DNA from: a virus
Strand: one strand, 5' to 3'
Virus record (IMG/VR): IMGVR_UViG_3300032291_002550
Location: 96,436 to 160,435 of that record
DNA: 64,000 bases
Shown here piece after piece: positions 35,241 to 47,100 of this stretch. Each line of letters starts with the position of its first letter. The stretch's first letter is position 1. Made by a program: the position numbers and the translations under genes. The notes beneath the pieces are model-generated. The model was not told the DNA's origin. It made no database searches and saw only the letters and a list, made by a program, of their open reading frames with translations.

Positions 35241-35399
35241 ACGTTTTTAAGGGGCGTAGTTAAAAGATCTTTTAAAAGTAATAAAAGAATACCACAATTA
35301 ATTTTAGTTTATTTAAATCAATTAAAAACGATAAATCTTCATTGTTATATACAGTGGAGATTTATTTGTTTATATAAGAACTTTTCTTTATATTTAGTT

Positions 35400-36062
35400 A
35401 TGAGACCTAAAAAAACAAACAAAAATATTTATGGCGAGGCCACAAATACTTCAAATTCAGAAAATTTTCTGGATGAGTCAATATCAGTTTATGAATATGA
35501 TATAAATTCTGCAGAATATTTGTTTAAACAAATAGAATATGGATTTAATATTAATCAAGAAATTATTTATTTACATGGACCGATAAAAGATGGAGAAACA
35601 TTATACAATATAATGACTGCCATTAACATGTTTTTATATTATCGTTCAGAAGAAGATAAAGATAAACCTATAACTATTTCATTAAATTCTCCGGGCGGAG
35701 ACATATATGAAATGAATGGAATTATAGATTATATCAATTCATTACCTTTCAAAGTAAATATAGTTTGTCGAGGGCAAGCAATTTCAGCTGGGGCATGGAT
35801 TTTAGCATGTAGTACTGGTATCAGAGCAATGAGTAAAAATTCTACAATGATGTTACATGAAGGAAGTTATGAAATGCAAGATAAATTCCATAACATGAAA
35901 TCATCGATAAGCTATTTTGATCATTTAGAAGTTATAGGCTATAACATGTTAGCTGAAAAAACAGGAATCGAATCTAGTTTCTGGAAAGAAAAGTGTAAAT
36001 TAGATTGGTATTTAACCGCAGAAGAAGCATTAAAATTAAAATTAATAGATAAAATAATATAA
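35400..36062 (+). CDS. clpP: ClpP-family protease subunit
   Basis: LNSPGG, G.AISAG (Ser), MLHE (His), D.YLTAEEAL...LIDKI. Confidence 0.88.
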   Translation: MRPKKTNKNIYGEATNTSNSENFLDESISVYEYDINSAEYLFKQIEYGFNINQEIIYLHGPIKDGETLYNIMTAINMFLYYRSEEDKDKPITISLNSPGGDIYEMNGIIDYINSLPFKVNIVCRGQAISAGAWILACSTGIRAMSKNSTMMLHEGSYEMQDKFHNMKSSISYFDHLEVIGYNMLAEKTGIESSFWKEKCKLDWYLTAEEALKLKLIDKII

Positions 36063-36064
36063 GT

Positions 36065-36820
36065 ATGAAATTTACAGAAGAAGAATTATTAAAAAATTGG
36101 GATACGTTCATTAACCTTATTAAAGAACATATTTCAGAACCAAGAAGAACTTCATTAATTAAAATGTATGAAGAATTCCAAGAAGATTTAATGTTAGCTC
36201 CAGCATCGGGAAATGATAACTATCATAACTGTTTTATCGGAGGTTATATCGACCACGTAATACGCGTTGTTAATTGCTCGATAAAATTATATGAAGTATG
36301 GGGAGAATTAGGTGCAGAGGTTAATGGATTTACGAAAGAAGAATTAATTTTTGCTGCAATAAATCATGATTTAGGAAAAGCAGGTGATATAAAACAACCT
36401 TATTATATTCCGAATCCTTCGGATTGGCATAGAAAAAATCAAGGAGCTTTATATGAATTAAATGATAAACTTCATTTTATGAAAGTTCCAGATAGAAGTT
36501 TATTTACATTACAAAAGTTCAATATTCCTGTATCGGAAAATGAGTATTTAGGAATTAAATTACATGATGGAATGTATTCAGACGCTAATAAAGGTTATTA
36601 TATGGCATTTAAACCAGAATTTGGATTAAAGTCTAATCTTACATTAATTTTGCATCATGCAGATCATTTAGCTTCTAGAATTGAACATGGTCATAAAGAA
36701 CCTAAAAATACTGCTATACCAATTACAGTTGTTAAATCAACAAAGCCATCTATTGCAGACACATTAAATTCTAGTGCGACATCTGTAGATGATCTATTTA
36801 GTGACTTTTTTAAGAAATAA
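36065..36820 (+). CDS. HD-domain protein
   Basis: APAS...YH...GG..DH, HDLGK, HDG and HHAD motifs. Confidence 0.85.
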   Translation: MKFTEEELLKNWDTFINLIKEHISEPRRTSLIKMYEEFQEDLMLAPASGNDNYHNCFIGGYIDHVIRVVNCSIKLYEVWGELGAEVNGFTKEELIFAAINHDLGKAGDIKQPYYIPNPSDWHRKNQGALYELNDKLHFMKVPDRSLFTLQKFNIPVSENEYLGIKLHDGMYSDANKGYYMAFKPEFGLKSNLTLILHHADHLASRIEHGHKEPKNTAIPITVVKSTKPSIADTLNSSATSVDDLFSDFFKK

Positions 36821-36823
36821 AAT

Positions 36824-37126
36824 ATGATATATACATTGTTAATTATAGTAATTATAGCATTATGCTATGTAATATATAATTTACTTAATAAAGTTGAAGC
36901 ATATGAAGAACGTGTTTTAAGAAAAACAGAAGATATTGAATTATTATTATCAAGATTTCAGGAAATTTCTAATAAAATGAAAGAAATTGATAATAAACAA
37001 ATATTCGAATCTGATGATGAAGTTGGAGTTACTTTTGAGATGTTAAAAAATCTTATACAAGATAACTCAGTTTTACTAGACTATTATATAAAAGAAGATG
37101 ACAGAAGCAGCAACGGTAGTAGATAA
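36824..37126 (+). CDS. membrane-anchored coiled-coil protein
   Basis: N-terminal hydrophobic helix. Confidence 0.65.
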   Translation: MIYTLLIIVIIALCYVIYNLLNKVEAYEERVLRKTEDIELLLSRFQEISNKMKEIDNKQIFESDDEVGVTFEMLKNLIQDNSVLLDYYIKEDDRSSNGSR

Positions 37127-37850
37127 AAAGCAATACTTTACTCAAGAAACAGAAGATGCAATTTGCAGATATATTCAATCTACAGATTATGCAGAAAAAA
37201 GCAGAATTTATAATGCTAGTATTAAAAAGCCATTTGAAAAAATAGTAGAGAATTGGATTTTTAAATTGCAAGCTTGGAAATATACAGAATCATATGTAGA
37301 ATTATCTAATGATACTATTACATTTCTTTGTGAACGATTAAGTAAATACGTACATGCTAATGGTAAAGCATTTTCATATTTTTCTGTTATTGCGAGAAAT
37401 TATCTTATTTTATTTATTAAAAAGAAGCATCAAAAAATAAAAAATAACGTAGATACCGAAAATATTGATATCGAACGTAATTTAATAAATGAAGAAGCTT
37501 ATAAGGAATTTGTAGAAGAAACATATGATTTTGTTGAAGAATTTATAAAATATATAGATTCAAATTTACCTATTTTATTTGAGTCTCAAAAAGAAATGTC
37601 AGTTGCTGATTCGGTATTAGAATTATTTAGGACCCGCGATAATATAGAAAACTTTAATAAAAAAGCATTGTATATTTTAATACGAGAACGTACGGGATTA
37701 AAAACTCAAATTATAACTAAAACAGTAAATGATATTAAGGTATTATATGAACTTTTATATAAGAATTTTAGACTACATGATGGCATAAGATTAGACCCTT
37801 ATAAGGTTCAAGAATTAATTCGAATGCAAAAGATTAAGTCTAAGAGATAA
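37098..37850 (+). CDS. T4 gp55-like late sigma factor
   Basis: N-terminal YF..E, KIVEN and KAFSYFSVIARNYLI region-2-like segment; precedes the structural genes. Confidence 0.6.
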   Translation: MTEAATVVDKKQYFTQETEDAICRYIQSTDYAEKSRIYNASIKKPFEKIVENWIFKLQAWKYTESYVELSNDTITFLCERLSKYVHANGKAFSYFSVIARNYLILFIKKKHQKIKNNVDTENIDIERNLINEEAYKEFVEETYDFVEEFIKYIDSNLPILFESQKEMSVADSVLELFRTRDNIENFNKKALYILIRERTGLKTQIITKTVNDIKVLYELLYKNFRLHDGIRLDPYKVQELIRMQKIKSKR

Positions 37851-37867
37851 TTATTTAAAAGATAATT

Positions 37868-38257
37868 ATGCCAACTATAAATGATTCCATATACGGGAAG
37901 ACGTCTTTAGCAGATGTATTTAAAGAAATACATGTAAACCAAAAAGAAAAAAATAAACAAATAGATAATTTAATACAGCAGTTATCTCCATTAGTAAAAA
38001 GTATTAATGATGCTGCTGTAGTAGTACCACTAATAAAAGAATATTTAGACGTGGGTGTTAAGAACGACGAGCAGTTAATTAAAATGACTTCCGTCGTTCA
38101 ACGACTGTTAGCGTCTGAAGCAAAACAAAAAGCCGACTCTGGTATTAGTGATTGGCAATTATCCCCAGATGAATTAAAACAAATACAAAGTGATTTAAAA
38201 GATATTAACCAAATTAATAAAGATATTGAAGAATCATTAGTTAAACCTATTAAATAA
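37868..38257 (+). CDS. hypothetical protein
   Basis: 129-aa ORF. Confidence 0.7.
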   Translation: MPTINDSIYGKTSLADVFKEIHVNQKEKNKQIDNLIQQLSPLVKSINDAAVVVPLIKEYLDVGVKNDEQLIKMTSVVQRLLASEAKQKADSGISDWQLSPDELKQIQSDLKDINQINKDIEESLVKPIK

Positions 38258-39306
38258 TGTTACAATCCGCGGAAGTAATAGAAGTTTTTTTAAAAGATAA
38301 TATTGAAAATTATTATACTATACGATTTAAGTTCTTAAATCGTCCGGGTAACAACGATGAAAATACAAATACTGCAGTACCTTTAAATGCTCATATTAAA
38401 TCAATACCAGTACCGGGAGAAATAGTATTAATAGTAACAGCAGCTTCTGCATTTGCAGGTAATTTTAGATTAAATGAAGGCACATTTTATTATATGAATG
38501 ATGTTAACATACAATCGAGTATTAATTATAATGGTGTACCTACATCAGGTAAAGTACCAATATCAAATACTACAAGTTACCAAAATGCTTCATATGGGGT
38601 TGTAAGTTCGCCTAATCAATCTCAACCGGAAAGAGTAAAGAAAACATTTAAACCATTGGATGGTCAAAATTCTTTACAATTATTTGAAGGTGATGTTGTC
38701 ATGGAAGGAAGAAGTGGCAATTCAGTAAGATTAAGTTCTACAGTTAATGGATTAACAGGCATTACTAAACAACCTACATGGACATCAGGAAACCCTGGGG
38801 ATCCAATAATGATTCTATCTAATACAAAAAAGAATAGCTCAACAAAAGGATTTAGAATTGAAGATATTAATAAAGATGATTCATCTATTTATTTAACATC
38901 AACTCAAAGAATACCATTAAAATTAGCAGGGCCTACAACAGTAACTAATATTAATATAGGAACATTTTCACAAGATTTATCTGGGAAGCAAATAATAATG
39001 AGCTCGGATAGAATTGTATTAAATGCAAAAGAAAAAGAATTAGCCCTTTCATCTAAAAATGGAATATCAATCACTAGTAAGGGCGATATTGTATTAGAAT
39101 CTTCAAATGCAATTACATTAAATGCGCCGACAATTAATCTAGGTTATCCTACAATATACTCTGGTGTTAATGCTGAACCATTAGATAATATTTTAAATGC
39201 AATTATAACCGCTGTTAACGCCAATCCGGTTGCGCCGGGAGCAGCAGCACCTGCGCAAATCTTACTTAATTTAGGTCTTCATAGATCTACAACAGTAAAA
39301 CTTTAA
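38257..39306 (+). CDS. baseplate hub/spike (gp5/VgrG-like) protein
   Basis: P.PGE.V OB-like segment, EGD...EGR.GNS.R and beta-repeat C-terminus; lies in the baseplate cluster. Confidence 0.55.
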   Translation: MLQSAEVIEVFLKDNIENYYTIRFKFLNRPGNNDENTNTAVPLNAHIKSIPVPGEIVLIVTAASAFAGNFRLNEGTFYYMNDVNIQSSINYNGVPTSGKVPISNTTSYQNASYGVVSSPNQSQPERVKKTFKPLDGQNSLQLFEGDVVMEGRSGNSVRLSSTVNGLTGITKQPTWTSGNPGDPIMILSNTKKNSSTKGFRIEDINKDDSSIYLTSTQRIPLKLAGPTTVTNINIGTFSQDLSGKQIIMSSDRIVLNAKEKELALSSKNGISITSKGDIVLESSNAITLNAPTINLGYPTIYSGVNAEPLDNILNAIITAVNANPVAPGAAAPAQILLNLGLHRSTTVKL

Positions 39307-39355
39307 AAAATATTGTATCTTTTATTGACTTAGATAATTATATTAAAGAGTCAAT

Positions 39356-39877
39356 ATGGACAGTAATAAATTTTTTAAACAACTAAGACAAATCATTAGA
39401 GAAGAAGTAGAAATGGCAGTTCATAAAGAAATGAACATTCTCTACGAAAGTCTAGATAAAGTATCTAAAAGAACATCTACAAATCAAAGAATTGTAAGCG
39501 AAGCGCCTATAACTTCAGCGCCTGTATTTAAAAAAGCAAATATAAGAAAACCGACAACTACATTTTCTAACAATCCTCTTATTAATGATATTTTAAATGA
39601 AACTGCTAACAGTGGATTTTCGAACAAAGACTTTCATGGTATTTTAGAAGAAGATTATAACCCAACTCAGTTAGGACATAATGATTTTGAAGAGTGGCCT
39701 ACCATGAGAAATATGTCTAATATAGGGATGAGTTCTACACCAAGTGCTGCAACAGTAGCTCCGAGAACAGATATTGACGGCAGACCAGTAACGGAATTAG
39801 CACCGGAAGTTGAACAAGCATTAACAAGAGATTATTCTGCGTTAATGAAAGCAATTAATAAGAAAAAAGGAGCTTAA
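39356..39877 (+). CDS. hypothetical virion-associated protein
   Basis: 173-aa ORF in the structural block. Confidence 0.65.
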   Translation: MDSNKFFKQLRQIIREEVEMAVHKEMNILYESLDKVSKRTSTNQRIVSEAPITSAPVFKKANIRKPTTTFSNNPLINDILNETANSGFSNKDFHGILEEDYNPTQLGHNDFEEWPTMRNMSNIGMSSTPSAATVAPRTDIDGRPVTELAPEVEQALTRDYSALMKAINKKKGA

Positions 39878-39880
39878 TAA

Positions 39881-40336
39881 ATGGCTAGAATATTAAGTAA
39901 AATACCTGTAATTGATACTCAACCAGATGTAGCAGTAGGAATTCTACTTCCATTGAATAATGCTTCGAAAGGAGTATTTCAATCATCATACAGTACTCAA
40001 GAACAAGCAGTATCTAATCTAAAAAATCTTTTATTAACAAGTAAAGGAGAGCGCAGATATTTGCCAAATTTCGGAACAGGTATTATGAACTTATTATTTG
40101 ATCCAAATACAACAGAAATAGGAGAAAATTTAAAAGATGAAATTTCTTCTGCTATTTCTTTTTGGATGCCATATATTATAATAAACAATATTGATATAAA
40201 ACAAAAAATAGATTCATTAGGCCCAGAAGCTGAACATGGATTATTAATTAGTCTTAATTTTCAAGTTACGAATAACGGGGCAAATCAAACTATAATTATC
40301 GATATTAATCAATCAGGAACAATAGCTATACTATAA
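39881..40336 (+). CDS. baseplate wedge protein gp25/GPW family
   Basis: NLKNLLLTSKGER...P.FGT.I..LLFD...WMP. Confidence 0.88.
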   Translation: MARILSKIPVIDTQPDVAVGILLPLNNASKGVFQSSYSTQEQAVSNLKNLLLTSKGERRYLPNFGTGIMNLLFDPNTTEIGENLKDEISSAISFWMPYIIINNIDIKQKIDSLGPEAEHGLLISLNFQVTNNGANQTIIIDINQSGTIAIL

Positions 40337-42207
40337 TGTCAAATAATACAAAAAAAGATATAAAGTATATTAATAAGGACTTTAGTAATTTTAGACAATC
40401 TCTAATAGAGTTTGCAAAAAGTTACTTCCCAAATACATATAATGATTTTAATGAAACATCGCCAGGTATGATGTTTATTGAAATGGCTGCATATGTAGGA
40501 GATGTTCTTTCTTATTATACAGATAATCAATTAAAAGAAAGTTTATTATCATATTCTCAAGAAAGATCAAACTTATTACAGTTAGCTCAAGAGCGTGGAT
40601 ATAAACCAAAAAATTCTGTACCAGCAACTGCAAATCTAGATGTATTTCAGTTATTACCGGCAATACAATCTGGGTCTACATACTATCCTGATTGGAATTA
40701 TGCTTTATCGATAAATCAAGAAATGATTATTAAAGCTACAAATTCAAATGTACAATTTAGAACAATTGAACCTGTAGTTTTTACTTCTGCATCTATTACT
40801 AATACCGGTGGAGATTCTTTATCAGTATATCAAGTAGATTCTAGCAATAATCCGATTTATTACTTACTAAAAAAACAAGTAAAGGCTGTTGCCGGAACAA
40901 TTGTAACTCAAACATTTACTTTTGGCGCGCCAAAAAGATATGATAAAATTATTTTAAATGATACTAATATAATCGAAGTTTTAGATATTATAGATTCTGA
41001 TGGAAATACGTGGTATGAAGTTCCTTATTTAGCTCAAGATACTATTTTTGATGAAGTTAAGAATGATCAATATGCAAATGTAAATTATACATCATCTAAT
41101 GGTGTAGCGCCATACTTATTAAAACTTAAAAAAGTATCTAGAAGATTTGAAACAAGAGTTAATGGAGATAATACAATTACAATTCAATTTGGAGCTGGAG
41201 TATCTACATCAGCTGATGAAGAATTAATACCTAATCCAGATTTAGTTGGAAGTTCGTTATATTCTCCGAATATTGACTATTCAATTGACCCTAGTAATTT
41301 CTTGTACTCTAAAACATATGGTTTAGCACCTGCAAATACTACATTAACAGTAAGATATACAACAGGTGGTGGAATTGAATCAAATGTTCAAGCAGATACA
41401 TTAACTACTATTGCTGGTGTTACATTTGATTCTGATGGCTCTGGTTTAAATCAAGCATTATTTACAAGAATAAAAAATTCGGTAGCTGTAAATAATCCAA
41501 TACCAGCAGTAGGCGGAAAGAGCTTAGAAAGTATTGATGAAATTAGATTTAATGCAATTGCAAATTTTGCTTCTCAAAATAGAGCAGTAACAGTTGAAGA
41601 TTATATTGTAAGAGTATATGCAATGCCGCAAAGATTTGGAGCAGCAGCAAAAGCATACATTTTACAATCTAAAGATAAGGTAACTGATAAAGGTGTTGTA
41701 ACATCTAATCAATTAGCAATGGATTTATATGTATTAGGGTATGATTTAAATAAAAATTTAACGCCATTAAATTTAATCGTTAAATCTAATTTATCTACGT
41801 ATTTAGAACAGTATAGAATGATTACAGATGCTATTAATATTAAAGACGCATATATTGTAAATATTGGTCTTGATTTTAGTATCGTAGTATTACCTGGATA
41901 TAACAGTAATGAAGTATTATTAAAATGTATTTCTAAATTAAAGGATATTTTTGATATTAATAAATGGCAAATTAATCAGCCTATCGTATTATCAAAATTA
42001 TATGCAGAATTAGATAGAGTTGATGGGGTTCAAACAGTGTCAAATATTACGATTAGTAATTTAACTGGCAATGATATAGGATATTCAAATAATAAGTATG
42101 ATATTTTAGCTGCTACGAAAAATGGCGTAATTTATCCTTCATTCGATCCATGTATTTTTGAAATTAAATATCCAAATAAAGATATTAAAGGTAGAGTAAC
42201 TAGTTAA
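40336..42207 (+). CDS. baseplate wedge subunit (gp6/baseplate J-like)
   Basis: DF...R..L, AYVGDVLSYY.D, QFG.G, GG...ES.DEIR, QNRAVT.EDY. Confidence 0.85.
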   Translation: MSNNTKKDIKYINKDFSNFRQSLIEFAKSYFPNTYNDFNETSPGMMFIEMAAYVGDVLSYYTDNQLKESLLSYSQERSNLLQLAQERGYKPKNSVPATANLDVFQLLPAIQSGSTYYPDWNYALSINQEMIIKATNSNVQFRTIEPVVFTSASITNTGGDSLSVYQVDSSNNPIYYLLKKQVKAVAGTIVTQTFTFGAPKRYDKIILNDTNIIEVLDIIDSDGNTWYEVPYLAQDTIFDEVKNDQYANVNYTSSNGVAPYLLKLKKVSRRFETRVNGDNTITIQFGAGVSTSADEELIPNPDLVGSSLYSPNIDYSIDPSNFLYSKTYGLAPANTTLTVRYTTGGGIESNVQADTLTTIAGVTFDSDGSGLNQALFTRIKNSVAVNNPIPAVGGKSLESIDEIRFNAIANFASQNRAVTVEDYIVRVYAMPQRFGAAAKAYILQSKDKVTDKGVVTSNQLAMDLYVLGYDLNKNLTPLNLIVKSNLSTYLEQYRMITDAINIKDAYIVNIGLDFSIVVLPGYNSNEVLLKCISKLKDIFDINKWQINQPIVLSKLYAELDRVDGVQTVSNITISNLTGNDIGYSNNKYDILAATKNGVIYPSFDPCIFEIKYPNKDIKGRVTS

Positions 42208-42218
42208 ATAATTAAATA

Positions 42219-43298
42219 ATGATTTATCATTTATATTCAGATCAAGACGCAACAATATACGAAAAAGAACCAACATTAAATGCTGGTTTAGATGAAGTAT
42301 TGGAGTTAGAAAAAGTTGTTACTAGTACTAATATTATTGAAGTATCTAGAATCTTAATAAACTTTAATGCTAGCCAATCGATTGCTAGTTTAAGAAACCA
42401 AGGATTAATTTCTACCGGTAGTTTAGTTTCTACATTAAAATTATATAGTTTAGAAGCAATCGATGCACCAGTAGATTATACTGTTGCTTGTTACCCAATA
42501 TCTCAATCATGGACTAGAGGAACAGGAAAAGTAAGTTATATACCATTTTTAACTGATGGTGTTTCTTGGGAATATGCAACAGAATCAACAAAATGGGTAA
42601 CAGGTTCATTTGCTGCTGGAGTAACAGGTTCATATTTAGTAAATAAAATGGGAGGAAATTGGTATACAGTATCAGAATCTAAACAAACATTTACATATTC
42701 TCCTTTAAGACAAGATCTTAATTTAAACGTATCCAATATTGTAAATTCTTGGTTAAGTGGTTCTATTAAAGAACAAGGATTTATAATTAAAGTATCTGGT
42801 TCATTAGAATATGATACTCAAACTTACGGACCTATTCAGTTTTTTAGTAATGAAACAAATACAGTATATCCTCCTAGATTAGAATTAGCATGGGATGATT
42901 CTTTATTTGTAACAGGTTCATTACCTGCATTATCAACTGATAGATATACTATTATAACTAAAAATCTTAATAAGCAATATGACCAAAATTCAATTGATAT
43001 ATTAAGATTGATATCTAGACCATTATTTCCTGTAAGAACATTTGCAACGGGAAGTGCATATAATATCGTACAATATCTTCCGCAAACTACATATTATGGT
43101 GTAGAAGATTATTACACGGGAGAATCTTTAGTTTCTTTTAGTGATTATACTAAAGTAAGCTGTGATAGTATAGGCAATTATTTTAAATTTAATTTTAATA
43201 TACTTCAAAAAAATAGATTTTATAGATTTATTTATAAAGTAAATAATAGTGGCTTAATAAAATATTTTAAAGCCGATGAAGTTTTTAGTGTAATATAA
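42219..43298 (+). CDS. virion structural protein (DNRLRE-like)
   Basis: DATIYE....N.G.DE.LE...SRILI, W..GTG, FFS.ET.TVYPPRL. Confidence 0.55.
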   Translation: MIYHLYSDQDATIYEKEPTLNAGLDEVLELEKVVTSTNIIEVSRILINFNASQSIASLRNQGLISTGSLVSTLKLYSLEAIDAPVDYTVACYPISQSWTRGTGKVSYIPFLTDGVSWEYATESTKWVTGSFAAGVTGSYLVNKMGGNWYTVSESKQTFTYSPLRQDLNLNVSNIVNSWLSGSIKEQGFIIKVSGSLEYDTQTYGPIQFFSNETNTVYPPRLELAWDDSLFVTGSLPALSTDRYTIITKNLNKQYDQNSIDILRLISRPLFPVRTFATGSAYNIVQYLPQTTYYGVEDYYTGESLVSFSDYTKVSCDSIGNYFKFNFNILQKNRFYRFIYKVNNSGLIKYFKADEVFSVI

Positions 43299-43299
43299 T

Positions 43300-44130
43300 A
43301 TGGCAAGAAATAGTTTAGGACAGTTTATAGTCCAGGAAAGTGGTAGCAGTATTGTTAGTATTAAATGTGATGAATTATATATCACAAAAACTCAGTATGA
43401 TCTTTTTTTATTAGATAATAAAGAGTTTACAGAATTAACTCCTACAATTGATAAAGATGCATTAATTAATTCATTAACAAATCAAATTAATGGATTAAAT
43501 AATACGATTAGTGTATTATCTACAGATGTAAAGGGCGGGTTATTAGTTTCTGTAACCGAGCCTCAATATGCTTACCCAGTAATTCAACTAAATTCTATTA
43601 CATACAATAATCAAAAAATATACGAAAGTATAGGATTTAATGATGATAGTACGTCTCCTAATTTTAATAGTAAACAATCAAACGGATTAAAATTCTGGAG
43701 TATACCTAATAAAGCAGCTACAGTATATCAAAATGCAAATTCTAAAGGTGTTTATGATTTAAAATCATATATTAAATTTAGATTTAGATATATCGGAACA
43801 ACTCCTATTGCTAATGTAACATCAATGGAAACTAAAATACAATTTTGGAAGTTAACTAACGGCAATTCTAATTCTATAGGAGGAGGTGTAACTCTTAATC
43901 GACAATTGACAGGTCTAGATGGTAATATTAAAACGACATACTCACAAGGCGATGTTACGAGCACATATGAAATTTCATTAAATGACCCTGATATTGATCT
44001 AGGAGGAAACACGGATATAATATATCTCCCAGTTAGATATAGTTTATTTCAAGGAACATCAGATATCGGGGCTAATAATTTTATAATGGAAATCTTGCCA
44101 AATTCTACATTCTCTATGTTACCTCAATAA
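43300..44130 (+). CDS. putative structural protein
   Basis: 276-aa S/T/N-rich ORF in the tail block. Confidence 0.6.
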   Translation: MARNSLGQFIVQESGSSIVSIKCDELYITKTQYDLFLLDNKEFTELTPTIDKDALINSLTNQINGLNNTISVLSTDVKGGLLVSVTEPQYAYPVIQLNSITYNNQKIYESIGFNDDSTSPNFNSKQSNGLKFWSIPNKAATVYQNANSKGVYDLKSYIKFRFRYIGTTPIANVTSMETKIQFWKLTNGNSNSIGGGVTLNRQLTGLDGNIKTTYSQGDVTSTYEISLNDPDIDLGGNTDIIYLPVRYSLFQGTSDIGANNFIMEILPNSTFSMLPQ

Positions 44131-44139
44131 TTATATTAA

Positions 44140-47100
44140 ATGCTTATAGATACTTTACTTCAAACAGAACAACTAATTTACGATCCTGGGTTTAATAATA
44201 CTGATTTATTAATAACGGGCCAAGTAAAAACTAAAACACCTACTGCGCAATCTAGCAAATATGAAGTAAATATATATTCTTTTAATGGTATATTACTTGA
44301 TAGCTATATAAATGATGTACGTACGCCATTTAGATTAACTTCGACAGGTTCATTTTTAGATATTAATTTATCTAAGTATTTTGATCAATCTAATTTAAAT
44401 TCTGGAAAATACTACTATATAGTTAATTCTTATAATCAATTCGGATTAAATGAATTAGTAGTAGAAGAAATTTCTGCAACAAGAACAGAAATCAGACTTT
44501 TAAGAGTAAAACAAAAGAATCAATTTCTAGAAAGCAGGGAATTACAGGCAGGTTTAGCACCACAAGAAGACCCTACTAGTATATTAATACTCGATGATCA
44601 GTTAAATTCATCACAAACTGCACCGGAAGTTATACTTACTGACTTCGATAAAAATTTAGTTTATCAAAATATAAAGCCATATCAATTTAGAAATTTATTT
44701 TTAAATTTTGGTCAGAATAGATTATTTAGAATTATTAATATCGAAATTGGAAAATCACCGTCTTTCGAAATATTAGTAAAATTATACGAACCTTTACCGA
44801 TTGATATTGATGTTACGCAAATTTGTGAAATTGATGAAGTTTATTTTAGTTACGGGGATGTAGCAGAATATATTCAAAATGTAGAAATTATAGACCCTAC
44901 AATACAAATTCAAGGTCCTAATTTTAACATTGATGTCGACTTTTATAAAAACTCAACTACTGGGTTCCAAACATGGAATGATTTATTAGATGTAAATTTA
45001 TCTACATCACAACAAATTATTGATTCATATTTTGGAGAATCGTTGCAAGGTATTAAGTTAAATATTGATTATAGTAAACCAGAACAATTTGTATTTTATA
45101 GTTCTGCAGAAGAAAGATTTAATAACTTTTATTATAAGATACAGTTAATAGAAGATTATAATAAACAATTAACTACTCTTAACAATATTAGTCAGTCTAT
45201 AAAGACCGCAAATATTATTGACGTTACTAAAAAACGTAGTAAAATAATCACTGGGTTTGATGACTTTGAAAAGTATTTATATTTCGGTACCGAATCTGGT
45301 AGTTTATATACATTTTATACCGGAAGTATTGCTACTTGGCCAAAAACGACAACAGGTTCTTTAAATTGGTTAGAATCATATAATTATTGGGTTGATAATT
45401 ATTCTAATGGCGCATTAAATACTAATATTGGATATAACTTACAAAGCACTACATCTACAATTGTTAAGACGTATGCGGAAGATACAATAGCAATATTACG
45501 TGAATATGATAAGAATAATATCAGTTCTTTATTAAAAACAATACCTGCTAGTATTTTATTAGACGATAATAATTCAGAATATTTTATATTTGTGAATATG
45601 ATAGGTCATCATTTTGACATTATCTATACATATATTAATCATTTAAGCTCGATACATTCTCGAGAAGAACATCCGTTGGACGGTATTAGTAAAGAATTAT
45701 TAACTGATGTAGCTCAATCATTTGGGTGGAATTTAGTTAATTCTAAAAAGAAAGATAGTCTTTGGCAATATGTAACTGGCTTAGATTCTAACGGAAATTA
45801 TCTTCAAACGGGAAGTTTAACACCTACAATATCCACAGAACAATATACTTTAGAAATTTGGAATCGTATTGTAAATAACTTACCTTATTTATTAAAAACA
45901 AAAGGAACAAAACGTTCTATTCAAGCATTGATGTCTTGTTATGGAATTCCTTCTACTGTTATTAATATTAAAGAATTTGGAGGTCCTACAAAAAATAATA
46001 TACAACCGGATTGGCAAATAGATAAGTTTATTTATTCTTTAGAATTTGGAAATAATACAGGGTCTATAACAATTCCTTGGGATACATTAACAACGACAAA
46101 TAGAACACCAGATACAATTCAGTTTAGATTTAAACCGGATTCTAGTGTTGTATTATATCCTCGTACATTATTAAGAACAGATAACTCAGGTGATCCGTAT
46201 TTTTATATAACATATGATCAACCTAGTAATTATAATTCTAAAGAAGGTCAATTAACATATTATTTACTTCAACCGGATTTAACATATGTAAGTGCATCTC
46301 TTAATAACATACCAATGTTTAACGGAGATTGGACGTCTGTAAATATTCAACGAACTTATTTACCGACATCATCAACTTCAATTGTAGCTGCTTTTAAAAC
46401 TAGCGTAGCTAGTAGCGGTGGCACGTTAGAAGCAGAAAGCTGTTTAACATCTACAATAAGTAATTTAATAACTTCAGATTCGGCATCATCATTTACAATC
46501 GGCGCTGTTGTTAAGAATTATGATAATATAATTTATAATAAATCTAGCTCCGTAAATGGGTCTAATTTGTACTATAATTTAACCTCGAATATCATAATAG
46601 GGTCTGCTAGTTATAGCACTTCTAATAAAGCATTTGATGGTAATTTAAATGAATTTAGATATTGGTCTTATCTATTAAATAATGATTCGATGGCTCAGTA
46701 TTCTAAGAATCCATTATTTTATGGTGGTAATGCAGATCAAGATGCGTACGATTATTTAAGTTTTAGATTACCATTATCTTATTTAATAACTACAACAGGA
46801 AGTTATCCGTCAGTACATCCTAATCAAAGTATTTCGAGCTTTACAAGCGCAGCGTCAGCAGCAACTTTTAACGGCTTTCAAGATGGAGATTTAGGTGGAG
46901 AAGATTATACAACATATGTAGTTACTCCTAGTTTAGGAGCTGATAATTTATATTCTACAAAAATAAGAGTAGTATCAAATTCTTTAACTAGTTCATTAAG
47001 TCTAGATAATACCTCAGAGATTCCTACATCTGAACAAACTCCGAAAGATACTAACGTAGTAGGTATTTATTTATCTCCGCAAGATATGATAGATTCTGAT

